This document shows positions 10,703-22,920 of a stretch of 50,629 nt of DNA, one piece after another. How positions within the stretch are numbered: the first letter of the stretch is position 1; each line of letters starts with the position of its first letter. Origin of the DNA: Chara braunii (taxonomy: Eukaryota > Plantae > Charophyceae). The notes under the pieces are model-generated. The model made no database searches and had not been told where the DNA came from. It worked only from the letters and a program-made list of their open reading frames with translations. The DNA lies in contig BFEA01000009.1 of NCBI GenBank assembly GCA_003427395.1, positions 2,601,186-2,651,814 of the forward strand. Direction: 5' to 3'. The translations under genes and the position numbers were made by a program.

Positions 10703-13700
10703 TGTCAAAGTTGTGAGGAAACTGGGGGAGGGGCGCCTACCGCTCGCGAAAGCCAGGGGCTACAGCGCCTATCACTCGCTTCGCCCACTTCCGAGGTCCT
10801 GAGCGAGCGACAGGGACTCGGCGTTTGCGATGCCCTGCCAGGCGTGCGCTTAATAACAGTCTCTTAATACGCACAAGAACTGATCACTTTCACCTTACCG
10901 TCCATCAACAGGGGTCACCGTACAAAGCTACAATTCTCTTCCAGTCTCCCGTCCCCATTAACAGCTAGCAGGACCGATAGTGAGGCTTGACCGCACGCTC
11001 GGGCATTAACAGTTTCTTTCCAGCCCTCACTCTCGTGCTTATTCACTCGAACGTTCGTTCACCTCCGGGAACGTTCCCCTTGTTTCCCCAACGGATCTGT
11101 AAGCACACTCACGGTTCTCAACCCTACCACGATGTCTCACGACTCTGTTGCAGAGAGTTGAAGATTGATCTTAAACGAGGAGTTGAAATAGATAAACTGT
11201 CGAGTAATTTAACGAATAAATAAATCGTCCCCCCCTCTTTACTCTCCATCCCTCGATATAAGGGAAAGGAAACAAGAAAGGGGGGGGTTTCTCGAGGCGG
11301 TCAGACACGGTCCCAGTTAATCCCGCAAGGCCATCCACAACCATCAAGACATTACGTGACCACGAGCTCCCTGTTACCCCCTCTCTTCTCCTTTTCTCTC
11401 CTTTACTTCCTCACAAGTTCTCCCTCTCGCGCATACGAAATAAAAGAGAAAATTCTATTATTCAAAGGATTGGCCACGCGGAAGAGCACCGCTCCCGCTA
11501 AAAGCGGGATTAGCAGTGGGTTCACCTGATTGGTTGGCGTTGAAGAGTACCGACCACCCTGAGGAAACCCGTTCCCAACCAGCAGCAGGAATGTTAGGCT
11601 TGAAATACACTGTTATCAAATTGAAGGCCGCTCTCGGCCGCAGCGGAAAAGTCACACTGAATACCGCTCCTGCTGGCAGCGCGGTTCTCAAACAGGAAAC
11701 GAGTGATTTCCATCCCCTCCACCTGCTGGATAATCAGATTGAAAATGATTGGATTCCATCCCCGCCAGCTACGGGGTGATCAGGCAGAAAATGATTGAAT
11801 TTTACCCTCGCCTCCAGCGGGATAATCAGACAGAATATGATTGAATACCACCCCCACCAACAACGGGTTAACCAGATTGAACGCCGCACTCGCTCGCAGC
11901 GGAACAACCACATTGAATACCGGTCCCGCTAGCAGCGGCACAGCCACATTGAATACCGGTCCCGCTAGCAGGGGCACAACCACCTTGATTACCGGTCCTG
12001 CTAGCAGCGGAACAACCACATTGAAGACCACTCCCGCTAGCAGCGGAACAGCCACATTGAACATCCCTCCCACTAGCAGTGGAACAACCACATTGATTAC
12101 CTGTCCCGTTAGCAGCGGAGCAGCCACATTGAAGACCGCTCCCTCAAGCAGCGGAACAACCACATCGAAGATCGCTTCCGCTAGCAGCGGAACAACCATG
12201 TTGAAGATCGGTCCCGCTAGCAGCGGAACAGCCACGTTGAAGACCGCTCCCACTAGCAGTGGGATAATCAGATTGAATATGATTGGATCTTACCCCCACC
12301 AGCAGCGGGATAATCAGATTGAAAATGATTGGATTTTACCTCCGCCAGCAGCGGGATAATCATATTGAATATGATTGGATTTTACCCCCGCCAACAGTGG
12401 GGTAAAAATGATTGGATTTTACCCCCACCAGCAGCGGGATAATCAGATTGAAAATGTTTGAATTCCACCCCCACCTGCAGCGGGATATTCAGATCGAAAA
12501 CGATTCGGTTCTACACCCGCCAACAGCGGGATAATAAGATTGAATATGATTGTAGTTTAGCCCCGCCAGCACCGGGATAATCAGATTGAAAATGATTGGA
12601 TTTTACCCCCGCCAGCAGCGGGATAATCAAGCAGAAAATGATTGAACTTCACCCCCGCCAGCAGCGGGATAATCTTTTTTCCTCTCCAACCGAGCTATCG
12701 GATGCTCCCCTGCAGTGGTGACGAGCAGGGAGGGCACAAGGCGCTCTTCCCTTGATCTCGAGAGAGAGTACATCTACGAATCACTTGGATCTGTAGAGGG
12801 CAGTGAGCGCTGTGAACATCCCAACTCAGCTCCTTTCCTTGCGCACTGCCCCAACACTTCTCTTCCCTACGCTCACGCCAGTATGAGCTGGGCACAACGG
12901 GCACGCCCCCCTTCTCACTCTTTCCATGTCTGAATACTCCCCGTTCGCTGTTCCATCCCCATCTCTTGCCTTCCAGTCAAACCAGCGCACAGTACTCCTA
13001 GTACGCCCCCCAAACTCTCCCTCTCTCTCACTTTCTTTGCAGTTTCTCTCTCTTCTTCACTTACGTCTGCACTGGCTCTGTTCTTTTTGTCCTGTGAACC
13101 AACTCTCTTAGTCATTTTGGAAATCAGCTCCGACGCGTATTGGAACTTCACTCGTGTTCCAGCCTTGTTGCTCTGACAGCGATGGATCACTGGCAGGTCG
13201 AGCTGTGGCAGCCATGTCCGCCATGGTTGGAGCTCGCTTACTCACGGGAACGGGCACAACCCACCCGTTGCGGTCTCCTCTGGTCGCCGTCCCCCTGCAC
13301 TCCGTTCCCCCTGGTCAGTTCAGTGAGACTTAGTTCCCCCTGGTCTCCCCCGCTGCCGAATGTCCCCAGTCAACAGCAGGGTTGTTGTGCACACCTTGCA
13401 CACTTCTCCTTCTTTTGTTCCCCGTGCGTCCATGGTTGCAGCGTGTTTGGTTACACGAACGGGCACGACGGGAGCACGTGCTGCAGACACCTGGTCTGCT
13501 TCCCTGTGGGCTGCATACACCGGGTACGCTGAATCCCCTTTTGTGTACACCATGTTCGCTGCCCTCCTCCCGAAGTGAACCCCCCCACAAAGTGAAGGAC
13601 CCTGAAGGTCATTCCTTGTATAGCCTCCAGCAGGCTGCTCCCTTGAGCCACGAGCTGGACTGATACCAGGATGGACATGCCCATGCCCGAAAAAAAACGG

Positions 13701-14893
13701 GTAAAGCTGCTGGCCCGGTACCAGCAACTGGCCCGGCACGAGCAACTGCCCCGGTACCACTTGTTGGCCTGGACTATAGATCCAGGCCCGGTGAACAGAC
13801 CTTTGGTCCGGTAACAATGGGACCAACAACAGGCCCAACAACGACCCTTGTGGCGCAGATCCAGACCTGGTACAATTGTCATACCGGAAGCAATTGAGCC
13901 GCATTAATGAACCGTACCTGCGCCGAACCAATGACTGTACCGGTTCCAAGCCTGAAAATAAGTACCAACCTGCAATATTGCGTGGACGCCGAACCAATGA
14001 GTGTGCCACTCCGAACTAGCGACCATCCCGGTCATCTCAACAGTGAACCGAAGTAGCCCGTACTGACGTTGCCCCAATGATAGTATCATACTAGGTACGA
14101 ATTAATAAGCGTAACAACGTTGTATCGGTGACCGCCCCATATCCACCAAGTAGCCGTTAACCCCAAAACTGGTCCTATTCACTCAACAACATCGGGGTCA
14201 CACCGAGGCCAGTAATTAGGCAAATCGGGTAAAACCAGGTGGCGGTTCATAATCATCAGGAATCCATACGGATTGATGAACCAAGGGTGATTTGATCATC
14301 TTCCGCAAAATCCATCAAAATAAATCTCATCAAAATTTTAATCAAGTGATCAATAATTATTCGTTTTTGTTCTCCTTTATTATTTAATTTTCCTTTCCCA
14401 TTTTTAATGCTGACATTAAAATCGATGAAAAATGAGGACAATTTTGCCAAAATGAATTGTAAAGAAAATCAATTAATTAATAAATTTTTATTTATTTTCT
14501 TCTCTCATTTTATTTTTAATTTTTTTTCTCAGTTTTAATTTCATCATCAGTATTAATAAAATTTTAAGGGTCATCCATTCGTCAATCGCTAGGTGTGAAA
14601 GCGACGCGCCGACGCCTACTATCGTGCCTCCATACCGCGGCCGGCCGCTTCGGGGATAACCTTGGAACGGACGAAAATGATAGGTGCTAGGCGCAACAAG
14701 CAAGACCAGTCCTCTTGTTGATCTCAACGGTCAGTTTCAACAGTCGATGAGGGGAATTTTATGGGTCTCTTTCCAACCCCTAATTTTTCCCGATGGCTCC
14801 GATGAAAGTCCTGGTCAATTTCTCTTTAGGCACTTAATCCAAGGCCCAATCCGTCAAAATTTGGGTGGCCGACTGACCTTCGGTCACCCGACA
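10703..14893 (-). mobile_element. LTR copy 3, complete and inverted (solo or 3'-type LTR), TGTC...GACA termini
   Basis: Minus strand starts TGTCGGGTGACC (14893) and ends CACAACTTTGACA (10703). Full-length homology to copy 1 with many substitutions. Minisatellite at ~11720-12672. Confidence 0.85.
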
Positions 14894-14995
14894 ACGTGCG
14901 AAACATAGTATAAAATCGCGCGGACGTAGGACTAACTCATATCGACTGGCAATGCATGAATACGCAATCAGTCGAATTGATGGCATACTATGTAG

Positions 14996-15359
14996 CTAGG
15001 TTACCTAAGCAGACGTCCGGGACCCCCCTGACCGTCCAGGGTTGTCCGGTCGGACATCCTTCCCGGGTAGTCTGTTCGAGCTCGAGCGCCCAAAAAAAAA
15101 AAAAAAAAAAAAAACCTTAAAAAATTCTGAAAACAAACTATGTTATGCAGAAAAGTAAACTGAACAACGTATGCCTTGGGATGATATCTTAATTTGGTCC
15201 CAAATTTAAAATAAGAAATTAAATTATAGTCAGCCCGAATATTTTGTTTTTTGTTTTTTGCTTTTAATTGCAAAAAATGGAGTTGTCCGGGCCCGGACGT
15301 CCGGGACCCCCCTGACTGTCCCCCCAGGACGTCCTGTCATCGGACAACTGGTAACATAG
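14996..15359. mobile_element. Non-autonomous DNA transposon (MITE), 364 bp, hAT- or P-type by its 8-bp TSD
   Basis: TSD CTATGTAG at 14988-14995 and 15360-15367. TIR CTAGGTTACC / GGTAACATAG (9/10). GC-rich subterminal repeats around an AT-rich core. Confidence 0.85.
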
Positions 15360-16479
15360 CTATGTAGTGCCCTTAATCAAGCGGTCCCTTGTGGATCCCA
15401 GTACCGCTTATGACACTCAAGTGTCACTCTCGAAGTATTGTGAGAGTCTACTTCCTCACGATATTGCACGACTGAAGAAATAGCCGTGCAGCCTCCGGGG
15501 CACCTCCGACTTTTAGGCTGAGTGTCTCGGTAGGCAGGGCAAATAGGCTCTGCGCGGGGGGAGATCCCCTCCATGAAGAGTCTAGGACCTGGGATGTCCT
15601 GGACAAGGACATCAAATCCTGGCCCAGAACCAACTCCCGACTAAGAAATCTTTAAGAAACATTCAACAATAAAGCAGGGTTTTATTTTTCTTCTCAATAT
15701 CAACCCCTATTTAACCTTTAAGCGTGGGCGCTCTCATGCCACGCGAATACCAAACATAGGAACATACAAAAATATATACATGTAAGGAAAGAAGTAAATG
15801 ACGATCACTTTTCACAATCACAGTGAGACTCCTCGCAACCATATACATGATTGTGATCGCAAATAGTTAAATCCAAAGTCCGAACCACCAAACATACATG
15901 CAATCACATCAAGGATTCAACCAAAAGTCCGTGCACTACACGGGGTCAATTTCAACCAATCTCTATACTCATACTCCTTGCTTTAGTCATGCAAGCTCCA
16001 ACCTTTATCCAACCAACCATAATTAAATACTCAGTACGTTTATTAAATGGCCATTCAATAAAAGTCCGTGTGAAAACCTTAATAAAATAACAAAAATCAC
16101 CAGGTTAAAACCTTTTAGATTGAGTATCGAGGACGAATAGGAGTTGAGTCGTAGACCGACGAATCAGCAACCGACTTGTTATCAGTGATAACAGAAGATG
16201 ATCCTCGTAGGATCAAGTTGAATCTGGTCCTGATTTTAAATCAAACGTTCAAGATGACCTGTAACACAAAACAGGCCGACCCCCAACCTAAATCTATGAG
16301 TCCAAATCGAGAGTAATCTTCATATCATGATTTCATCAAGAATCATTCTACTTAACTAATCATGAGTCTACCCTTAAGTCAATGCCTAATGAAAATGTAG
16401 ACTTTTGGCAGAATCTCCTATATACAGAGTGGATTGCCAGAATTGCCACCTGTCGAATATAATCTATCTCCTCTAAACT

Positions 16480-17045
16480 TTAGAAAATTTTTGCAGCGCT
16501 TCCCGTAGGAAAGGTGTCTTTTCATAATTCATACCGGCTCAAGTACGAAAACTGAAATATTATCTGACTCTGAAAAGTCAAATTTTGTCAACCCCCCGAA
16601 TTAGTAAAAATCTGGGCAGCAATCCTTTTAGTAAGGGGAGACTTCCCAGATTTATACTAGGTCAGATTCGAACCCAAAAGGCAAGTTTGAGTTCAACTAA
16701 GACAAAATTCAATTAACTAATTGATTTTGCAGAGATTTTGGCAGCACTACCTTCAAAAAAGTGCTATTCCGAAATTTATACAAAATTCAATTCAGAATTT
16801 GAAGATAACTTTAACTCCCCAAAGTTCAATTTTGTTTAACTCACTGATTTCGTAAAAATTAGGGCAACACTCCCCTTAGAACGGAAGACTTCCCAAATTT
16901 ATACTGAGTCATATATAAAATTTAGACAAGTTGAACTTTGAAAAGTCAAAGTTTGACTAACTCCTTGGATTTGCAGAAATTTCGGCAGCGCTTCCCATAG
17001 GGGAGGGTCACTTGCCAAGATTTATACAGAGCCAAGTGTAAAAAT
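16480..17045. repeat. Degenerate ~122-bp tandem repeat, about 5 units
   Basis: GGCAGC/GCAGC motif at ~16493, 16615, 16740, 16863, 16984 and ATTTATAC-like motif at ~16527, 16650, 16774, 16897, 17020. Confidence 0.7.
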
Positions 17046-17306
17046 TAATCCCAAAAAATGCAAGAATTGATCGAAGTAATAAAATATAGCTTAGAAATGC
17101 GGGAATTGACCTAACTCCTATCGCTCTAGCACGTGGCGAGCAACTAAAGCAACTACCTTTCCAAATAAACTCAGACTAAGTAGTAATCTCACTCAGCCAC
17201 ATGCAGGTCAAACCACAAAGGTAAGTACTCTCACCAACCCAAGTCAATCTTGACAACTAATAGTTCATAGCCTTTCAATGATTTATCCCTTTATACCCAA
17301 CTTACA

Positions 17307-17945
17307 TAGGGCATCGAGTTAGGTCATTCGTCTTAAAAACAATGCCAACTTTTTGCCTTAGTTATACACGAACAGGTTGCACAACTACTTCTCTCTTCAT
17401 TGGGCATATGACTAAGCCATTCGTCTTAAAAACAATGCTTAGTCGCTCTGATCTGTTTAATAGCCAAGTTATATATATCTTTTTGAGTTTAATGTTCAAA
17501 AGTGGGCGTAGGACTGAGTTATTCGACTTCGAAACAATGCTCAGTTGACCCAGGTTACCTTCAGTTATAGCTCTTTAATTATACTCTCTTAATTTGTGAT
17601 AAGGCTATAGTCAGATCATTCGTCTTAGAAACAATGTTTGGCTAGCTTTGTTCTTATAATCATATAGATATAGAAATATAGAAAGTCCTATTCCCTTGTT
17701 CATGTTAAAATCCTGTGGCCTCAGACTCAGACCATTCGTCTTAGAAACAATGTCCAGTCTTTGGCCTGAACCTCCCTTAGAATAAAACAACCAAAAGAGT
17801 TGAGTCATTCGTCTTAGAAACAATGCTCAATCCTCTTTTCTCAGCACTGAAAAAAACAGAGTACCCCTGGTCTAGATCAGAGACTGTTCAGAAACTACCC
17901 AAAATAAACAGCGGCAAAATCATTCGTCTTAGAAACAATATCCGA
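17307..17945 (+). repeat. Array of seven stem-loops sharing the apical motif CATTCGTCTTAGAAACAATG (putative structured RNA element)
   Basis: Motif starts at 17325, 17418, 17520, 17617, 17733, 17806 and 17921. Flanks differ between copies but are self-complementary within each copy (weakest in copy 7). Confidence 0.8.
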
Positions 17946-20900
17946 CCCTTTAAGACCCTTTCAACATCAAACATAGTTGCCTTTCTCCCACCTTCCCCCT
18001 GATGCAAGCCCTTTTCTCACAATCTGCTTTCAGATAATCAACAAAATTGAAACTGAGATTGCGCATGCATTCCTTTATTTAATCTGGTTCGTGTCATGAA
18101 GGTCAAACCCAAAGTCAACATAGGATGCACGCAGTATACTCAGTCAAAACATAGCAAGAAATACAGATAGGGGTTATAACTGGGTTTATAGAAGAAGGTG
18201 GAAGATTACCTCTCAATTCCCTGCCTCTATAACTCCTCCTGAGTTCCGGCAGAGCTCCCGCAATCGATGGGCTGACTCCCCACAGAGTCTTGATGCGGAC
18301 CTATGGGTTGCAATCCCGCCTCCCGCCTGCCGCCTTCCTCTCAGAACCAATGGACTAGACTTAGAGAAAGAAGGATAGAAAGAAGATAGGTTGGAGACTC
18401 TCAGATCCAAGAGAGGTACACTTAGACTCACATGAGAGGGCCTTGGTATCTTGACGCGCCTGAGGGCCCCGCAATGGCGGCCAATAAAAACAGCAGCTTA
18501 GTTAACCAAAGCCAAATCACCAACTGTTGACTTCCCGCAGCTCTTACAATTCGCAGCAGTACCTCCCCTTCAACAATTGCAGTCACTTTACAGCACCCGT
18601 GGCTTTAAGGGTAGTAGCCACCGGTAAATCCACAGGCTCACGGCTCGCCTCTGATTATCCCCTTCGGCCTACTGAGCAGCGCACCAGCCAATGACCAAAT
18701 CAGCAACCTGCAGTTAGCCTGTTGCCGCTTCGATCAATAGAATGAGCAATGCTTTGTGATCATCACTGTTCTTCGCGCCGACCACACCAATCATACTAGT
18801 CACACCTTCCGCCATAAAGGCCAAATCAACGAACTCACAGACCAAAACATCGCTAGGGTAAATAGTTGCTGCCTCAGCTGCACCAATAGTTTCCCACTCC
18901 GACCAGCATTCCCTTTAACCACTATCTACCGCAATACCGGGGCAAAATCTGTAGCAACTCACGACCTTATTTATCAATTCTCTTATCAGGCGAACTACTA
19001 GGAACGACCAAGCACAAACCGGGCTAGTTCTCCAGCCTCACGCTGTTGTCTAAATCTCCCATTGCTCAGGTTTCCTCCCCTGGTCCGCGGTATATGGTTC
19101 TTCATGGACTCTAGCCGCAACCCGGACTATATACGAGTGGCTCTGGGTGAGCCCCAACCGGCCTTTTATTTAATGAGAGTATCCCTTCCAGAAGTCAGGG
19201 TGTGCAACAAGCACTCATTCTATAATAACCACGGTTATCCGAGTAGTATGAAGTGCAAAATACTCAGTGCCACGCTCATACATACGTGGCTTGGCCCTTG
19301 AAACTAGCAACAACCACTGACAGAACCTAGCAGGTTGTGCGGTCCTACAGAAACATATTATCTCTCTCTTCGATCAGTCTACCTGGCCAAGCTCTCGACC
19401 AGGCTTACAGAGCTGAGATCATTATGGTATCGCAGTGAATCCCGTGCGGAGCAGCATACCAGGCTTATGCAGCAGCGTGACCACCACTCATGCCATATGC
19501 AGCTGAGTCCTCCGCTTAGGACCTGAGACGATGCACAGACAGAATCTCGCTCTCTACCAACACACAGTACGGCTCCTTTCCTTCTTCCCCCGAATACCAG
19601 ATATGTGGTCACCACTATGACTGAGTTCGTCCACACCCTGATAGCATGACAATCACTACTCTCTAGATAGCTCGGCCAACGTGTATGCTGCGGAGAGGGA
19701 GAGGGAGAGAAAACAGTTAGATGTATCTTTCAAGGAGAGCGACACACCGGTCAATAGGTAAGTCTCCAACCTTGCGGCTGGCCTCACGCTACTTGCTTCG
19801 AAGGGATGTACAAAATTGAATGAATCTGTCCGCAAAAGCGGTTAGATTCATTTCCCATTTGGGCAACAGCCGACAACTTCCCCTGGGCACAACTCCCGCT
19901 TGCTATACCTTCGAATCCGATCCCCCACTTCCAAATCTACCGATGCCATTGCTTTTGTAACGCCTCAAATCCTTAGTATAAGGCCCTTCCTCATCGATAT
20001 CGATCAAGAAACGGCGTACATCCTACACCTTTCATCTCCCTCCTCCATAGCTCCACGCACTACCACTCTCTACTAACCCCCATATCACTAGCTCCCTTCT
20101 GAAACTAACGTCATCATTCGTTTCGCCCGGGGCCATAACCCCGGGATTGCATCTTTCCCTATCGAAAACGGCCGAGAAACAAATGATTAGCGTAATCTTC
20201 ACTCCCGTTCATTTTCCTTTCGGACTCCGTTCACGCACTCCATTCTCCTATTGCCATTCATTCTACTCCTTCAACACTAAATCTAATCGTACCACTAAAC
20301 TCGCCTACCCTCAAAACCCCTGTCCACGTACCTCTTTCGCTCGATTTCATCAAGATTCGAGTGGAAACTCGATTCTCTCCTTCCCATCGTCTCTTCTCCC
20401 GCCATAGCTTCCGTGCACTGATTCCCTCACTCACCTCCTAATCCGCTAACTCAACTACAAACTAACCCTGCCACGTGACTCGCCCGGGGTAAAAACCCTA
20501 AAATCGCTTCCTTCCTCACTCAAAACCATCGAGGAATGAAGGAGGCAGACGTTTTTCCTCTCGCCATAGCTCCCCTTCCTTTTGCCATGTCCGCCTGCAT
20601 GTACTCCGCGCGGCTTCGTAGCTAGATTCAATCTCCCTTTTTCTCACCTCCTTCCCCGGTTGCTGCCTCGTTCGCCGCCTTCAGCTGACGCTCGTCTAGG
20701 TGATCGTGGTGCCCTGGTCCGACTGCCCGAAAGTCTCAGCTGTTTGTCGCAAAAAAAATACAGCGCTGGCTACCAGACCATTCGAACAGCCTTTAGCACT
20801 TATGCCCCATTCGTGCCCGCCTATACGCTAGCCTAGACAACACAAGCATGTGCTTGACTGAGACAGACAGCAGGGCATAACTAAGACAGTCAAAAATATA

Positions 20901-21437
20901 CTGCGAAGCATATGTTTACACTTTACTCACCTGCCAGACCCACCAGTCCAACCGGATGACCCCCCAGAGCGTGAGGCGGCTCCATTACTGCGGCCAAAGG
21001 GTTGCCGCGGCCCCACAGTGTGGGCTAGGTGCAGATCTTGGTAGTAGTAGCCATAAGAACTTTGGGGGCTGGAGCGGGGATGGTTTTCGTGGGAACAACC
21101 ACCTCAGCCAGCATCGCTGCGCCCCCCACAGGCCTTCTCGGAATGTTTCTCCGACTCCCTTCCACTGTAGACTATCGCCGCTCTCCAAGTGGGAAGCGAT
21201 GGAAGCCACGACCACGGACCCCACCACTCTCCCGCGTTGACCCCCCTGGTCCGGACTTCAAGATGGGTGGGCTAGGGGAATTCCATTAACACCCCGACAC
21301 GCCGAAATCCGAATGTGCTTGCCAAAAGAGGCGCGTGCTCAAGGTCCTTGGCGGTCTCGATGAGCTCTAAATCCACGCGGACGTTGTGCGGAGATGGCGG
21401 ACGAAGGTTAGTTGATCGTTGTTTTTTTTTTTTCCCT

Positions 21438-21469
<32 letters not shown>

Positions 21470-21479
21470 TCGCGCAATG

Positions 21480-22920
21480 TCGCGGTCGGGATGGGGGACG
21501 GGAACTGAGAAGGGCAAGGTTGGTTTCAAGGCGGGAGGTCGTGGACGGGGGAGCAAAGGCACATAGGGAGAAGCGGGATGGGAGACACGAACGGAGGAGG
21601 GAGTGGTCGGAATTAGGGAGGGAGAGTTGGGACGATGTCGAGGTCGGGATGGGATCGGAGTCGGGAGGTCGGGAGGTCGGGATGGGAGACGGGTCGGGAC
21701 GTGGTCGGGGAGCAAGGGGAGAGAGGGAGAGGTCGAGACGGGGAGATCGGGATGGGAGGTCGGGATGGGAGATGCGAACAGAGGAGGGAGAGGTCGGGAT
21801 CAGGGAGGGAGAGTTGGGACAATGTTGGGGGAAGGAAGGAGAGGGGGAGAGAGGTCGAGACGGGAAGGAATGGGGGGGGAAGAGGTCGGGATGAGGTCGG
21901 GATGGGATGGGAGTCGGGAGGTCGGGATGGGAGACGGGTTGGGACGGGGAAGGAAAGGGAGGAGGAAGAGATCGCGATGACGTCGGGATGGGAGTTGGGA
22001 TAGAGGAGGAGGAAGGAGGAATCTAGGCATTGGAGAAAGTCGGATGGGAGTTGGGATAGAGGAGGAGGAAGGAGGAATCTNNNNNNNNNNNNNNNNNNNN
22101 NNNNNNNNNNNNNNNNNNNNNNNNNNNNNNGAGTTGGGATAGAGGAGGAGGAAGGAGGAATCTAGGCGTTGGAGAAAGCCGGATGGGAGTTGGGATAGAG
22201 GAGGAGGAAGGAGGAATCTAGGCATGGGGCAAGGTCAGGGGAGCAAGGGGACAGAGGGAGAGTTCGGGACGGGGAGAGAGGGATGGGAGGTGGGGACCGG
22301 CAGGTCGCGCTCGGAAACGTGAAGACGGAGAGGTCGGGATCAGGGACGGAGAGTTGGAACGATGTCGGCGGAAGGAAGGAGAGGGGGAGAGAGGTTGAAA
22401 CGGGAAGGAAGGGAAGGTAGAGGGGGGAAGAGGTCGGGATGAGGTTGGGATGGGATGGGATTCGGGAGGTTGGGATGGGAGACGGGTTGGGACGGGGAAG
22501 GGAAGGTGGAGGGGGGATCGGGATAACGTCACATTGGGACGATGTACGGAGAAGGAAAAAGAGGGGAGGAGAGGTCGGGACAACAAGGAAGGGGAGAGGG
22601 GCGGGGGAGGTCGGGATGGGAGACGGGGCGATGTCGGGATAGGGAAGGGGGGCGACAAGGTCGAGGTAGTCGAAATAGGGGAGAAGAAAGGAAGAATCTA
22701 GAAGAGATCGGAATGAGAGTTGGGATAAGGCAGAGAGAGAGGCGATAGAAGGAAAGGAGAGATCAGGATAGGTCGAGACGATGACGCGAGGAGGAGGGAG
22801 GAGGAATCTAGGCATGCGAAACGAGTCGCGAGGATATTGGGATAGGGGAGGGGGACGAAGGAAGGAGAGGGGGGGAAAACTCGAGACGAGAAGGAGAGGT
22901 CGGGATGGGATATGGAAAGC
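21480..22920. repeat. Purine-rich low-complexity satellite (GGTCGGGATGGGA and GGGATAGAGGAGGAGGAAGGAGGAATCTAGGC units)
   Basis: Repeated short G/A-rich motifs, preceded by a poly-T tract at ~21421-21468. Gap at 22081-22130. Confidence 0.85.

Noticed and set aside
17325-17940. CRISPR array
   Set aside because: The repeat is only 20 nt, spacers are 53-96 nt and irregular, spacer ends pair with each other across the repeat, there are no cas genes, and the context is eukaryotic.
17325-17940. Hammerhead ribozymes (GAAAC present)
   Set aside because: No CUGANGA core or three-stem junction on either strand.
19540-19560. Possible minus-strand PBS (TGGTAGAGAGC)
   Set aside because: Imperfect match to the tRNA-iMet PBS and not preceded by a CA-ending LTR.
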